A stretch of DNA of 64,000 bases, from assembly GCF_009914755.1 (NCBI RefSeq), contig NC_060947.1; one strand, given 5' to 3'. This DNA is from the human T2T-CHM13v2.0 reference genome, Homo sapiens. The position numbers were made by a program, and so were the translations under genes. Shown here piece by piece: positions 41,865 through 57,158 of the stretch (position 1 is the stretch's first letter; every line of letters begins with the position of its first letter). Under the pieces are notes generated by a model, which was not told the origin of the DNA, ran no database searches, and worked only from the letters and a program-made list of their open reading frames with translations.

Positions 41865-42059
41865 CTGATGTGAGAAATTATTTTTAAACAAAGGAACTTT
41901 CGTGAAGCAATGCTTTGCTTCTCCTTAAGATAATAAGAAAATAAGAGTGCTTTGCTTTTTTGAATAATTTTAATGGACTCTGGTTTGAGACTATCATTTA
42001 TAAAATCGAATATCTGGTGAAAACACTGGGCTAACTTCCAGATAAAAGAACTGAAGATA
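41865..42059 (-). CDS. Candidate exon 4, IFSSFIWKLAQCFHQIFDF..KFLCLKIISHI
   Basis: Acceptor tttatcactgtcctcag|, donor CAG|GTTAAT, 195 nt, phase 2/2; only one frame open (within ORF 41855..42097). Confidence 0.3.
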
Positions 42060-42879
42060 CTGAGGACAGTGATAAATAAAAATAGAAGCAAATACATGGA
42101 ATGTCTTGAGCTTTAAAAGACCGTCTTACTTCTTAATTCCTATATCTTAGGAACTGTGGCACAATAAAATAAGACATCAGTATAAGTGGCCAGAAGAATT
42201 TCTAGCTTAAAATAATGCCTGATTAACAGCCCATAATTCAGACTTTCCTAGCTTCCTGCTAAAATACCAAATAAAGGCATACATTAATGTTAAATCTCAT
42301 GCCACTATTGAAAACAAGCACTGACCTAATGCTAGACTGTGGAAGAAATGTCTATTAACTATAAGAATCTGGAAGTGGATTAAAAAAAAGACTTCAGGTC
42401 TTGCTTGCTGAGCTTTCTATATTTCACTCCATGAAACAGCTTTTCTCTAAAAGTCAAGAAGAAACAAGAAGGCTGAGTACAGCTTCTCTTCTCATTAAAA
42501 ACATTCAGAAACGGCTATAATCAAAATATAACAGGACAGGAACAAAGGGAGATGGTTCCTAGGGATAAAGTTTTTTGTGAGGAGAGGTCAGGGAGGAATG
42601 AGAAAGACACAGAGAGAAGTCTTGGAAGCAGTATACTCAATTTTTCTGAAAACCAGGCAAAGTGGTAGAAAATTATCCCACTTCAGAACATCAAAGTTGT
42701 ACTGATTGTTGCTAAAAGTGGGCTTGGGATGAAAACTAAGTGCATCAACCTGCCCCCAAATATTGATTTTAGAAGTGAATTTATCTATAATTTAAGTAAA
42801 TAAAAGGCAGCTCATAGGCTGTCAAATAAGTCCAAATAAAGCTTACTTCTTTCAAGAAAAAAACAGAAGAAAAACATAA

Positions 42880-42914
42880 ACCACCACCACCACCACCGCC
42901 ACCACCACCACCAC
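42880..42914 (+). repeat. (CCA)n trinucleotide repeat, about 11 units with one CCG interruption
   Basis: accaccaccaccaccaccgccaccaccaccaccac. Confidence 0.9.
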
Positions 42915-43588
42915 AAGCACTGTGGGTTTATGGGAAATGTTCAAGAATAAAGAGTAGGAATATAAACTCACACTTTCAAAGGAAGCATATATATTTGAAA
43001 AATAAATGACCTCCTGAATAATTCTGAGGAAATTTCTAAAGATGTTGCATATCTTCAATAGACTGCAAGGAAGTATGGTATTTTCAAAAAAGGAACAGAA
43101 AATTATAAAAAGAAACAAGCTCAGATGTAAATGATAATGGCTGAAATAAGGAAGTATTGCAAGGATACTATACTATAATAATAGAATTAACAGCCACATT
43201 TGAACTGAGTAAAAGAAATAGTTAAGACTGTCAAAAATTATTTCAGCCCCATAAGTGAAAAGAGTAATAAACTGTGTCAGATAACAGAGAAAAATGGCAA
43301 AGACAAATAAATACTGTAAGATTACAGTGGAAAGGGAATAGAAATGCAATCTAAAACGTATAGGTGTTTCTGAGGAAAAAATAGGAAAAGTAGAGTCAAA
43401 AGAAATAATCATTTATCTTTTAAATCTGAAATAAAGAAAACTTGTGTTTACGGATCGAGGGTCTCACAATTTTCCTGGCAAAATAAATGAAAAAAATCCA
43501 TATATATATACATCTCGGATTTCTTAAATAACAAAGGTATATAACTATCTGACAAACATCCAAGAAAATTTCATAGTTCTCTATAACC

Positions 43589-44363
<775 letters not shown>

Positions 44364-45376
44364 AACCCTAATTAAAAAACAATTTTTTTAGCAAAGTTAT
44401 TGTGTTTTCAGAGACATACCATATGGTCTATCTTTAGTGGATGCTAAAAAGAGTTGTAAAATTTAACATCCATTACCAATATAAAAAATTCTTAGGAATA
44501 TCACAACATATTACTGACCAATATGAATTATAAATATAGATGCAAAAATTCTAAATAAAATATTAGATAATGGAGTCTAGCATTATATGGTAAAAGATTA
44601 ATGCACCATAACCAATATGGTTTATTCCAGGAATTCAACAATGATTCTTTGTAAGGAAATCTATGAACAAAAATCATAACAAAAATAGATCAAATAACAG
44701 GTGTACACTGATCTATATAGTGCAGAAAAGGTAGTTGATATAAGGCAACACTTATTCCTGATAGCGACAACATTTTAGAAACCTAGAAATGAAAATCTTT
44801 CTTAATATCTTATTGAATATGTATTTCCAACTAATAGCTTCTGTGATATATACTGTTAAAACTGTAATCACATTGAAATAGGAATAAGGCAAATCCTCCT
44901 ACAAACCTACTTATTTTTCATCCTTCTGGAAGTATTATTTAATACATTAGAACATGAATAAAAAGCAAAATTATAGCTTTGGGGATGGAGAAAATAAAAT
45001 TATAATTATTTGGAAATGTGTTTTACTAGTAAACTCAGGGCAAAATAACTGAAAAATGAATAGATATTATAAGGTACATGACTACAAATTTAATATATGA
45101 AATCATTAGTTTTCCTATAAAACTCAATACCAGTGAGAACATATAATAATAAAAATCACATTCATCGTAACAACTGTGAAATACCTAGAAATAAACATAA
45201 AAGCAACTGTATAGTGTAAATCTATCTATCTCAATCTATCAGTATAACTTTACTGAATGATCCAATAAGTGAAGAGTAGTATATTTTTAGATAAAACGAT
45301 GCTATACCAAAAAGATATCCATTCTCCCCCAGTTAATCTGCATACTTATTAAAATTACAATAAAATTTTCAATAAA

Positions 45377-45665
45377 TTTTTTTTTTTGAGACAGAAAAAA
45401 ACTGTCGCCCAGGCTGGAGTGCAGTGGCACAGCCACGGCTCAATGCAACCTCGGCTTCCTGGGTTCAAGTGATTCTCCTGCCTCAACCTCCTGATTAGTT
45501 GGGATTACAGGCACGTGCCACCATGCCTGGCTAATTTTTGTATTTTTAGTAGAGATGGGGTTTCACCATGCTGGTCAGGCTGGTCTCGAACTCCTGAACT
45601 CATGATCCACCCACCTTGGCCTCCCGAAGTGCTGGGATTACAGCGTGAGCCACCGTGCCCGGCCA
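45377..45665 (-). mobile_element. AluS
   Basis: Antisense Alu ending cccggcc. Confidence 0.93.
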
Positions 45666-45859
45666 AATTTCAATGGATTTTTTATATTGACAAAATTATT
45701 CTCAAGTATAATAAAAGAGTAGACGCATGAAAATAGACACTTTTTAAAGGTTAACATAGGGCTTCTTCAATCAAATCTGAACACAATAAAGCAAAACCAA
45801 TGAAAATAATATGGTATTTTCACTAGAATTGAAAAGTAAATCAATGAAGTTTTTTGCAT

Positions 45860-46760
45860 TTGTAATAAAAGTCAAACTCTTTATTGTGATTCAAAATGTC
45901 TGTGTGATCTAGCCCTTACCTTCTTCTCCTACCTCAGCTTGGGGTGCTCTACAGACACACATTATTTGTTGCCTCAGACCTTTGTACATTCTGCTTTCTC
46001 TGTCTAGAATACTCTTATCCTTTCTGTCTCCACGAGACTCCTGTCATCCTACAGTCTTCACGTTGAATTGTGTCTTCTTAGTAAGAGATGACCATGATGA
46101 GAATATATATTTTGAAATTATCTATATAGAGATGGTGATTAAAGACACAGGTTGGATGAGGATACTCAGAGTGTGTTGTAGACATAAAAGAATGTAAGAA
46201 TCTAAGCTCCTTGAAGTCAAGGTTTGTTTATCTGTTTTAATCATTGCTTCTTCTCAGTTCCTATGACAGTGCTTAGCACATAGAGGTGCCTAATAAACAT
46301 TTCCAACATGCAGAGAGGAGGGCCTAGGACAAAGTCTTACGGTTAAAAGCATTTGAAGAAAGAGAAGAACATGAACCTGTAATAGCTACTAGAAAGTAGT
46401 GCCCAGACATATAGGAAGAAAAACCTTAAAATATGATGTCTAAGATAACAAGACTAAGAGTCCCTTTTAAACGACCAAGATAACCCATGCTCAGTACTGA
46501 TAAGGCACTGTCAAGATACAGACTAAAAAGCATCCCTTGGGTTTAGTGGCACACAGTTCATTGATGCCTTCAGTAAAAGAAGTTATGGTAGAATGATGGA
46601 GGCAGAAGCCAGACAGCAATGGATGTATAAACAGGGGGTGAGGAAATGGGTTGAATACAAACGGTTCTAAAAGAAAGGGAGTGTGGAGTGTTTTAAACAG
46701 TAAGTGCACTGAGGAGAGGATTTGTGTAAGATGAGAGAGGCTTATATATGTAAAAATGAG
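45860..46760. mobile_element. L2 fragments in mixed orientation
   Basis: e.g. agaatgtaagaatctaagctccttgaagtcaagg..cagtgcttagcacatagaggtgcctaataaa; gtagaatgatggaggcagaagccagac. Confidence 0.6.
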
Positions 46761-47075
46761 TAGAGTCAGAGAATGAGAGTTACTTGTAAGATTACAGAAA
46801 CCTATAAAGGAATATACTGTAAAGTCTAATTGAGCAAATCAGTTAGAATTCTCTATTAAAGGGAATGTATTTTTCTAGATTTTAATGTCAGGAGAGACAG
46901 GACCATCTGAAGAAATATTAAAAAAAAAAAAAAACTTTTTAAATGGAAGCAATATCTAACTGAGTGTCAGATGACCTGGATTTCAGTTCCAGGTAAGTAA
47001 CATTGACTATCACTTTTGCCTGAGTCTCAGTTTTCTAATCTGAAAAATGACTATATTCTATTTAAGAAATATTTA

Positions 47076-47953
47076 CAAATTTACAAGAAAAAAACAAACA
47101 ACCCCATCAAAAAGTGGGCGAAGGACATGAACAGACACTTCTCAAAAGAAGACATTTATGCAGCCAAAAAACACATGAAAAAATGCTCACCATCACTGGC
47201 CATCAGAGAAATGCAAATCAAAACCACAATGAGATACCATCTCACACCAGTTAGAACGGCAATCATTAAAAAGTCAGGAAACAACAGGTGCTGGAGAGGA
47301 TGTGGAGAAATAGGAACACTTTTACACTGTTGGTGGGACTGTAAACTAGTTCAACCATTGTGGAAGTCAGTGTGGTGATTCCTCAGGGATCTGGAACTAG
47401 AAATACCATTTGACCCAGCCATCCCATTACTAGGTATATACCCAAAGGACTATAAATCATGCTGCTATAAAGACACATGCACACGTATGTTTATTGCGGC
47501 ATTATTCACAATAGCAAAGACTTGGAACCAAGCCAAATGTCCAACAATGATAGACTGGATTAAGAAAATGTGGCACATATACACCATGGAATACTATGCA
47601 GCCATAAAAAATGATGAGTTCATGTCCTTTGCAGGGACATGGATGAAATTGGAAATCATCATTCTCAGTAAACTATTGCAAGAACAAAAAACCAAACACC
47701 GCATATTCTCACTCATAGGTGGGAATTGAACAATGAGATCACATGGACACAGGAAGGGGAACATCACACTCTGGGGACTGTTGTGGGGTGGGGGGAGGGG
47801 GGAGGGATAGCATTGGGAGATATACCTAATGCTAGATGACGAGTTAGTGAGTGCAGCACACCAGCATGGCACATGTATACGTATGTAACTAACCTGCATA
47901 ATGTGCACATGTACCCTAAAACTTAAAGTATAATAAAAAAAAATTAAAAAAAA
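47076..47953 (+). mobile_element. Young 5'-truncated L1 (L1PA2-like), about 880 bp
   Basis: ORF2 C-terminus nearly intact (ORFs 47016..47378, 47487..47729 ending SLIGGN*); 3' UTR gctagatgacGAGttagtg; poly(A); 12-bp TSD aagaaatattta at 47064-47075 and 47954-47965. Confidence 0.93.
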
Positions 47954-48063
47954 AAGAAATATTTAAGAAATAGTTTAATTCTAAAGGTCTTTGGAGCTCA
48001 GCGGAAGTATTTCCTGGTAAAGTTCATGGCTTGGTAATGTGGGTCACTGCTACAGAGACCTAC

Positions 48064-48364
48064 ATTTGAAACCAAAATGAAGGGCTCTGGGCCACATGAA
48101 GACAATAGTTATGAAGGAAAATAAGCATGGTTTTGTGCAGTAGGGGCGAGATGAAGAAACACTGACAATTGTTTCCTACTTTGTAATATTTTAGGGGGCA
48201 AGCAGTGATGTGCACTTGTTGTTGACATCTCCAACTTCTGTTTTGATCTCCAAGTACAACTCTCACAATGGGCGTGTTGAATGTTATTTTACTCAAATTA
48301 CCAATAGAATAAAATAGGTTAATGAGGTCATGAAAGAAAATGCTTAATGTTTGCCAAAGAATCC
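48064..48364 (-). CDS. Candidate exon 3, (G)ILWQTLSIFFHDLINLFY..HVAQSPSFWFQ
   Basis: Strong acceptor cttgttttttttttcag|, donor AAT|GTAGGT, 301 nt, phase 1/2; 99 open codons in non-repeat DNA, other two frames blocked. Confidence 0.35.
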
Positions 48365-49110
48365 CTGAAAAAAAAAACAAGACTGACTATAAATGAGTAG
48401 AACAAATTCCTATTAAATACATATTCATTAAAGTTTATATTCACTTGCAGAACATAGGTTCAGGTGTAAGAAACACTAGATAATACATAAGATCTTGTGT
48501 TTAATAATAATAGTTATATAATTAACTAATAAAGAGTTATTTTGAAGTAATTATAAATACAAATTACAAATTTCTGGCAGTTAGAATGCATGTCATTACT
48601 ACAGAATCATTAATAAGGAGTACATTTAATGCTGAGGTTTCATGCATTTATAATTTTCTTAGAGTAAAAGAAATCAACAATTGCAATATGCACTTAAAAT
48701 TATAAGATATATATACATGTATATTTTATGTTCACATTGAAATTGAGCAGAAGATACAGAGATTTTCTATGTAATCCTCTGTTCCCCAACTCATGCATAG
48801 GCTCCCCAATTGTCAACATCTCCTACCAGAGTGGTACATTTGTTACGATTGATGAACCTTACTGACACATCATTATCTCCCAAAGTCCACAGTTTACATT
48901 ACGGTTCACTCTTGGTGGTATATATTCTATGGGTTGGGACCAATTTGTGATGGCATATATCCACCATTATAGTATCATACAGAAGAACAGATTTACTGCC
49001 CTAAAAATCCTCTGTGTTCCATCTATTCATCCCTCTGTCCCACCTAACCTCTGGAAAGCAATGATCTTTTTACTGCTTCCATAGTTTTGCCTTTTCTAGA
49101 ATGTCACATA

Positions 49111-52100
49111 TAGGCATACCTCAAATATACTATTAACTCAGTTCCAGATCACTGCAATAAAGCAATATTGCAATAAAGTGAATCACACAAAGTTTTTTGT
49201 TTCCCACTGCATAAAAAGTCATGTTTACACTATATTTTAGTCTATTAATTGTGCAATAGCATTACATGTAAAGAACAACATACATATCTTAATTTAAAAA
49301 TACTTTATTGCTAAAAAATGCTAACAATCATCAGAGCCTTCATCTTTTCACTGGTAGAAGGCCTTGCCTCCATGTTAGTGGCATCACCTTTTTTCTGGTG
49401 GAGGGCCTTGCCTCTATGCTAATGGCTGCTGACTGATCAGGGTGTGGTTGCTGAAGGTTGGGTGGCTATGCCAATTTCTTAAGACAACAATCAAATTTTC
49501 CACATTGATTCTTCCTTTCACAAAAGAGTTCTCTATAGCATGCGATAGTGTTTGATAGCATTTTATCATAGCAGAGTTTCTTTCAAAATTGGAGTCAATC
49601 CTCTCAAACCCTGCCACTGCTTTATTAACTAAGTTTATGTAATATTCTAAATCCTTTGTTTTCATTTCATCGATGTTAACAGTATCTAACCAGGAGTAAA
49701 TTCCATCTCAAGAAATTATTTTCTTTGCTAATCTATAAGAAACAACACCTTCCCCCATTTAAATTTTATCATGAGATTGCAGCAATTCAGTTACATCTTT
49801 AGTGATGGATTTTAGTTTTCTTGCTATTTCCATCACATCTGCATTTATTTCCCCCACTGAAGTATTGAACCCTTCAAAGTCATCCTTGTGAGTTGAAATC
49901 AACTTCCTCCAAACTCCTCTTAATGTTGACATTTTGACCGCTTCGCATGGATTACAAATGTTCTTTTTATTCTATTTTCCAGGGTACATGTACAGGTTTG
50001 TTACATAGGTAAATGTGTGCCATGGTGGTTTGCTGCACTTATCAACCCATCATCTAGGTATTAAGCCCATCATGCATTAGCTATTTTTCCTGATGCTCTT
50101 CCCTATCTGCCCTCCCCTGACAGGCCCCACTGTGTGTTGCTCCCCTCCCTGTGTCCATGTGTTCTCACTGTTCAGCTCCCACTTATGGGTGAGAACATGC
50201 AGTGTTTGTTTTTTTTGTGCCTGTGTTAGTTTGCTGAGGATAACGGCTTCCAGCTCCCTCCATGTCCCTGCAAAGGACAGGATCTCATCCCTTTTTATGG
50301 CTGCATAGTATTCCATGGTGTATATGTACCACATTTTCTTTATCCAGTCTATCATTGGCAGGCATTTTGGTTGATTCCATGTCTTTGCTATTCTGAATAG
50401 TGCTGCAATGAACATACATGTGCATGTATCTTTATAATAGAAAGATTTATATTCCTTTGGGTATATACCCAGCAATAGGATTGCTGTGTCAGATGGTATT
50501 TCTGGTTCTAGGTGTTTGAGGAATCACCACACTGTCTTCCACAACGGTTGAATTAATTTACATTCCCACCAACAGTTAAAAGCATTCCTGTTTCTCCACA
50601 ACCTCGCCAGCATCTGTTCTTTCTTGACTTTTTAATAATAGCCATTCTGACTGATGTGTGTGAGATGGTATCTCATGGTGCTTTTGATTTGCATTTCTGT
50701 AATGATGAGTGATGTTGAGCTTTTTTTCATATGTTTATTGGCCGCATGAATGTCTTCTTTTGAGAAGTGTCTGTTCATGTCCTTTGTCCACTTTTTAATG
50801 TGTTTTTTTTTCTTGTAAATATGTTTAAGTTCTTTGTAGACTCTGGATATTGGACCTCTGTCAGATGAGTAGATAGAAAAAATTTTCTCCCATTCTGTAG
50901 GTTGTCTGTTCACTCTGATGATAGTTTCTTTTGCTTTGCAGAAGCTCTTTTGTTTAATTAGATCCCATTTCTCAATTTTCGCTTTTGTTGCAATTGCTTC
51001 ATCATTGTCAGTGCCTATGTCCTGAATGGTATTGCCGAGATTATCTTCTGGGTTTTTTATAGTTTTGGGTTTTACATTTAAGTCTTTAATTAATCTTGAG
51101 TTAGTTTTAGTATATGGTGTAAGAAAGGGGTCCAGTTTTAATTTTCTGCATATGGCTAGCCAGTTCTACCAGCACCATTTATAAAATAGGAAACCCTTTC
51201 CCCATTGCTTTTGTCAGGTTTGTCAAAGATCAGATGGTTGCAGATGTAGTGTCTTATTTCTGAGTTCTCCATTTTGTTCCATTGGTCTATGTGTCTGTTT
51301 TTGTACCAGTACCATGCTGTTTTGGTTACTACAGCCTTGTAGTATCTTTTGAAGTCAGGTATCATAATGCCTCCAGCTTTGTTCTTTTTGTTTAGGATTA
51401 TCTTGGCTATACAGGCCCATTTTTGGTTCCATGCAAATTTTAATAGTTTTTTCTAAATCTGTGAAGAATGTCAATGGTACTGTAATGGTAATAGCATTGA
51501 ATCTATAAAGTACTTTGGGCAGTATGCCCATTTTCACAATATTGTTTCTTCCTATCTGTGAGCATGGAATGTTTTTTCATTTGTTTGTGTCCTCTCTGAT
51601 TTCCTTGAGCAGTAGTTTGTAGTTCTCCTTGAAGAGGTCCTTTACTTCCCCTGTTAGCTGTATTCCTAGGTATTTTATTCCCTTTGTAGCAATTGTGAAT
51701 GCCAGTTAATTCATAATTTGGCTCTCTGCTATACAAATGTTCTTAATGCTATCAAGAATGGTGAATGCTTTCCAGAAGGTTTATCAATAGACTTTTCCCA
51801 GATCTATCAGAGGAATAACTATTTATGGCAGCTATAGCCTTGCAAAAATGTATTTTTTTAAATAATAAGATATGAAAGTCAAAATTGATTCATGGGATGT
51901 AGAATTAATGTTGTATAGCCAAGCATGAAAACAACATTAATCTCTTTGTACATCCCCATCAGAGTTCTTGAGTATTAGGTACATTGTCAATGAACAGTAA
52001 TATGTTAAACGAATTGTTTCTTTCTTTTTTCTCATCAGCGGGTCTCAACAGTGAACGTAACATATTCAGAAAACCATGTTGTAAACAGATGGGCTGTCAT

Positions 52101-53240
52101 CCCCGCTTTGTTGCTCCATTTATAGAGCACAGGCAGAGTAGGTTTAATATAACTCATAAAGGCCCTAGGATTTTCGGAATGGTAAGTGGACATTGGCTTT
52201 ATTGTAAAGTCGCCAGCTTTAGGCCCAACAAGAGAGTCAGCCTGCCCTTTGAAGCTTTGAAGTGAGGCATTGACTTCTCCCTTTCTAGCTCTGGAACTTC
52301 TGGATGGCATCTTCTTCCAATATGAGACTGTTTTGTCTACATTAAAAATCTGCTGTTTGGTACCACTTGCTACTTCTTCTTGCACTTTTACGTTATGGAG
52401 ACAGCTTCTTTCCTTAAACCCCATGAACCAACTTCTAACAGCTTCAAACATTTCTTCCTCCGCTTCCTCACCTCTCTCAGCCTTCATAGAATTAAAGAGG
52501 GCCTTGCTCTGAATGAGGCTTTCACTTAAGGGAATATTATGGCTAGTTTGATCTTTTATCCACACCACTAAAACTTTCTCCATATCAGCAATATGGTTGT
52601 TTCTCTTTCTTATCGCTGGTGTGTTCACTGGAGTAGCACTTTTAATTTCCTTCAAAAACTTTTCTTTTGCATTAATAACTTGGCTATTTGGTGCAAGAAG
52701 CCTAGCTTTCAGCCTATTTTGGAATTCGACATGCCTTTCTCACTAAGCTTAATCATTTCTAGCTTTTGATTTATAATGAAAGATGTAAAATTATTCCTTT
52801 CACTTGAACACGTAGAGATCATTGTAGGGTTATTAATTGACCTAATTTCAATATTGTTGTGAGAACAGAAAGGCCCAAGGAGAGGGAGAGAAACAGGGGA
52901 GTGGTGGGTCCCTGGAGCAGTCAGAATACACACAGCATCTATGGATTAAGTTTGCTGTCTTATTGGGTGCAATTTGTGGTACCCCAAAACAATTACAATA
53001 ACAACATTAAAGATCACTGATCACATGTCACCATAACAGATATAATAATAACGAAAAATTTTTATACATTGCTAGAATTATCAAAATGTCACACGGAGAT
53101 ATGAAATGAGCACATACTGTTGGAAAAATGGAGCGGATAAACTTTCTCAATGTAAGGCTACCACAAATCTTCAATTTGTAAAAAAACACAATATCTGTGA
53201 AGTTCAATATAGCAAAACACAATAAAACAAGATATGCCCG
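49111..53240 (-). mobile_element. Tigger1 DNA transposon, near full length, interrupted by L1PA
   Basis: TIR-like ends (taggcatacctc.. / ..aataaaacaagatatgcccg), TA on both sides; ORF 52035..52655(-) is Tigger transposase ([29 protein letters not shown]). Confidence 0.92.
49966..51731 (-). mobile_element. 5'-truncated primate L1PA (PA7-PA10 age class)
   Basis: Antisense ORF2 C-terminus and 3' UTR; 13-bp TSD tacaaatgttctt at 49953-49965 and 51732-51744. Confidence 0.9.
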
Positions 53241-54129
53241 TAATTGCCAGCATAGAGAATGTAGCTTTTTCCGACTGCTTTGTTTTACTTAGTAATATGT
53301 ATTTAAATTTCTTCCATGTTTTTTTCATGGCTTGATTGCTCATTTCGAGTGCTGAACAATATTCCATTTTCTGGAAGTATCACTGCTGATTTATCCATTC
53401 ACCTATGATATCTTGGTTGCTTTCAAGTTTTGGCAATTGTGAATAAAGCTACAATACAGATGCAAGTTTTCAACTCCTCTGGGTAAATACCAAGGAGCAC
53501 AACTGCTAGATTGTATGGTAAGAGTACGTTTAGTTGTGTTAAGAAACTGCCAAACTCTCTTCCAAAGTGTCTGTACCTTTTTGCATTCCCACCAACAATA
53601 AACGAGAGTTCCTGTTGCTCCACACCTTCGTCAGCATTTGGTGTTGTCAGTGCTTTGGATTCTGGCCATTCTAATAGATGTGTAGTGATATCTCACTGTT
53701 GGCTTAATTTGCATTTCCCTGATGACATATGATATAGAGAGATGTAATTAACCATTTTTAAGTGTATAGTTTAGAATTGCTATGTATAATCACAATGTAA
53801 AGTGTCTTTCATATGGTTGTGAAACAGAGCACCAGAGATTTTCATCTTGCAAATGTGAAATTCTACAACAATTAAACAATGATTCCTCTTTCTCCCTTCT
53901 GCAGCTCCTGGTAAGCACTGTTCTACTTTCTTTCTTTATAAATGTGACTTCTCTAGGTACCTCATATAAGTTTTGTCATGTACGTTATAAAAGTGTAAGT
54001 ATTTATATGTAATATATGGATATATAATTTAGAAACATATAGGTATATGTGTGTGTAAGTGTATATAATAAGTGTATTAGTATAAATATATAAGTGTATA
54101 GGTACATAAGTCATATTAGTGTCTGTTTT

Positions 54130-55780
54130 TCAGCATTATAGAGTTATAATTAACAATTAAAAATTGTATATATTTAAGGTATGCAAACTGACGTTTTGAT
54201 ATACATATGCATTGTGAAATATGTATACATATAATTACCACTATCTAGCTAATTAACATATATCACTTCATGTAGTCACTTTTTTGTGGTGAGAACATTT
54301 ATGGTTTACTCTTTTAGCAAATTTCAAGGATACAATACATTATTGTTAACTATGGCCACCATGCTGTACATTAGATCTCCAGAACTTATTCATTCTGCAT
54401 AACTGAAATTTTGTATTATTCGACCATCTCCCCATTTCCCTGACCCTCAGCTCCTTCAAAATACAATTCTAATATCTGCTTCTATTAGTTCAACTTTTTC
54501 AGATTCCAAATATGAATGAGATAATGTGATATTTGTCTTTCTGTGCCTGGCATGTTTTACTTAACATAATGTCCTCCAAGTTCACCTATGTTGTCATAAA
54601 CAAGATTTCTTTCTTTTTGAGGCTGAATGGTATTCCACTGCATATATATATATCCCACATTTTCTTTATTCATTTGTCCATTGATGGACACTTAGATTGA
54701 TTCCATATCTTGGATATGGTGAACAATGATTCAAAGTACTTGGGGATGCAGCTATCTTTTCAACATGTTGATTTCATTATCACTGGATATATATGCAGAA
54801 GAAAAATTGCTTAGTTATATGATTGTTCTGTTTTTATTTTTTGAGAAACTTCCATACTGTTTCCCATAGTGGCTGTACAATTTACATTGCCACCAACTCT
54901 ATAGCAAAGTTCCCTTTTCTCCGCATCCTCACCAACACTTGTTATCTTTCATCATTTTTATAACAGCCATTCTAACAGGTGTGAGGGTGTGAGGTAATAT
55001 TTTGCTGTGGTTTTAATTTGCATTTATGTGGTGATTAGCAATGTTAAGCATTTTTCATATAGAAGTTATCCATTTGTGTGCCTTCTTTTGAGAAATGTCA
55101 TCAGGTTTTTTGCCCATTTTTAAAATCAGGTTATTTATTTTCCTTCTATTGAGTTGTTTGGAGCTCCTTACATATTTTGGACATTAATCCCTTATCAGAT
55201 GTATGGTTTGCAAATTTTTTGCCCATTCCATAGGTTGTCTCTCATTTTGTTGATTCTTTCTTTGGCTGTGCAGAAGCTTTTGAGTTTTATATAATCCTAT
55301 TTGTCTAATTTTGTTTTTGTTGCCTGGGCTTTTGGGATCTTATCAAAAAAGCAATTGTCCAGACGAATATCATGAAGCTTTTTTCCTATGTTTTCTTCTA
55401 GTAGTTTTAGTTTCAGGTCTTACATTTAAGTCTTTAATCTATTTTGGGTTGATATTCATATACAGTATACGATGAAGGTCTTATTTCACTCTTGTGCATA
55501 TGGATATTCAGTTTTCCCAGCACCATTTATTGGAGAGACTGCCCTTTCCTTATTGTGCATTCTTGGCATCTGTCACAAACCAATTCATTGTAAATGAATG
55601 CATTTATTTATAGGCTCTCTATTCTGTTGCCTTTGTCTGTGTGTTTGTTTTATGCTAGTACCATGCCATTTTGATTGCTATGGCTTTGTAGTATATTTTG
55701 AGATCAGGTAGTGTGATGCCTCTAGCTTTGTTCTTTTCACTTATGACTGCTTTGGCTATTCAGTGCTTTTTGTACTTCTT
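54130..55780 (-). mobile_element. L1MA-type LINE (3' UTR + ORF2 part)
   Basis: Continuous antisense L1MA text. Confidence 0.8.
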
Positions 55781-56361
55781 TTAAAATGAATGCACCAAGT
55801 CAAGTATGAAGCTGGTTTTTATAAATTCATACTAATATATGATTTTATTCTGAAGTTATTTAAAAATGAAAATTGAAGTTAAATATCTATGTTATAGTAT
55901 ACATGCATTTTATTCTGGAAATAAATTTGAGGAAGGTTGGGTAGCAGAAATAGGGATACATTTTAGGCAATATGAAATTTGTTACTGTGCTCAAGTTTGT
56001 TTAAAATTTAAAATTCTGGCCCTCTACATGATGGCTAGTCTTACATTTTTAAAGCTGTACCTAGATATCGTTGGTTTTAATATTTTCTCATTATTATTTC
56101 CAGCACATGCTTTTATTTTTGCAAGGAGGTTTATATCTATGAAATGTTACAAATAATTCAGTATCATTTTAAAACATGCAGTGTCTTTTAAAGAATTATC
56201 AATCTGTGTTTTACAAACCTCAGCAGATATGATTACAGTTTGTTTAGAGCTACAGTTGATGAGCTCTACTTCACTCCAAAGATGTGTAACTATCCTACAA
56301 TCTTGATTAGTAGAATCTAACATTTAATGCTTGATGATTTGGAAAAGTACAAATGACATCA

Positions 56362-56702
<341 letters not shown>

Positions 56703-56858
56703 AAATGATAAAGAATATCCATTCACAGTATTAGTTGAAATTAAATATAGTGGTGCAAATTAGTTGTCACCTTGACTGGCTCTCACAGGCTAAGAATACT
56801 ATGGTCACAGTCCAATCTTCATGCTGAGTGATCTGCTTTGCACAGTGTGAATGCTCAC

Positions 56859-56944
56859 CTGTGGCTGCTGTTACATAAGTTTCAGTTATCCAGGAAAAAA
56901 TGGAAAAAGATATAAATAGTTGGGTGAAGCTGAAGGTACATACT
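56859..56944 (-). CDS. Candidate exon 2, (R)VCTFSFTQLFISFSIFSWITETYVTAAT
   Basis: Acceptor ctctctattaag|, strong donor CAG|GTGAGC, 86 nt, phase 2/1; in-frame ATG at 56961 if it is instead a first coding exon. Confidence 0.25.
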
Positions 56945-57158
56945 CTTAATAGAGAGTACATGAATAGTTGTTACCATTTTCTTTTAAAATTATATTCAGT
57001 AAAACCACCTCAAATTACTTTGGCTAATTTTTTAAAAATACAAAATGGATTTTTTTCCACAGTATGCTACAAGTGAATCAAATTAATCAGCTGTATTGAG
57101 AAGCTAAAGGTCAGATTGTATGTAGCAGAAAGACATCCGTTTGTGATTACTTGGTTAC

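Larger units (their letters stand above)
48725..53735 (-). mobile_element. L1MC/L1MB 3' segment split by Tigger1 (arms ~48725-49110 and ~53243-53735)
   Basis: L1 text ttttctagaatgtcacata| resumes after Tigger1 as ..attgccagcatagagaatgtagcttttt. Confidence 0.75.
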
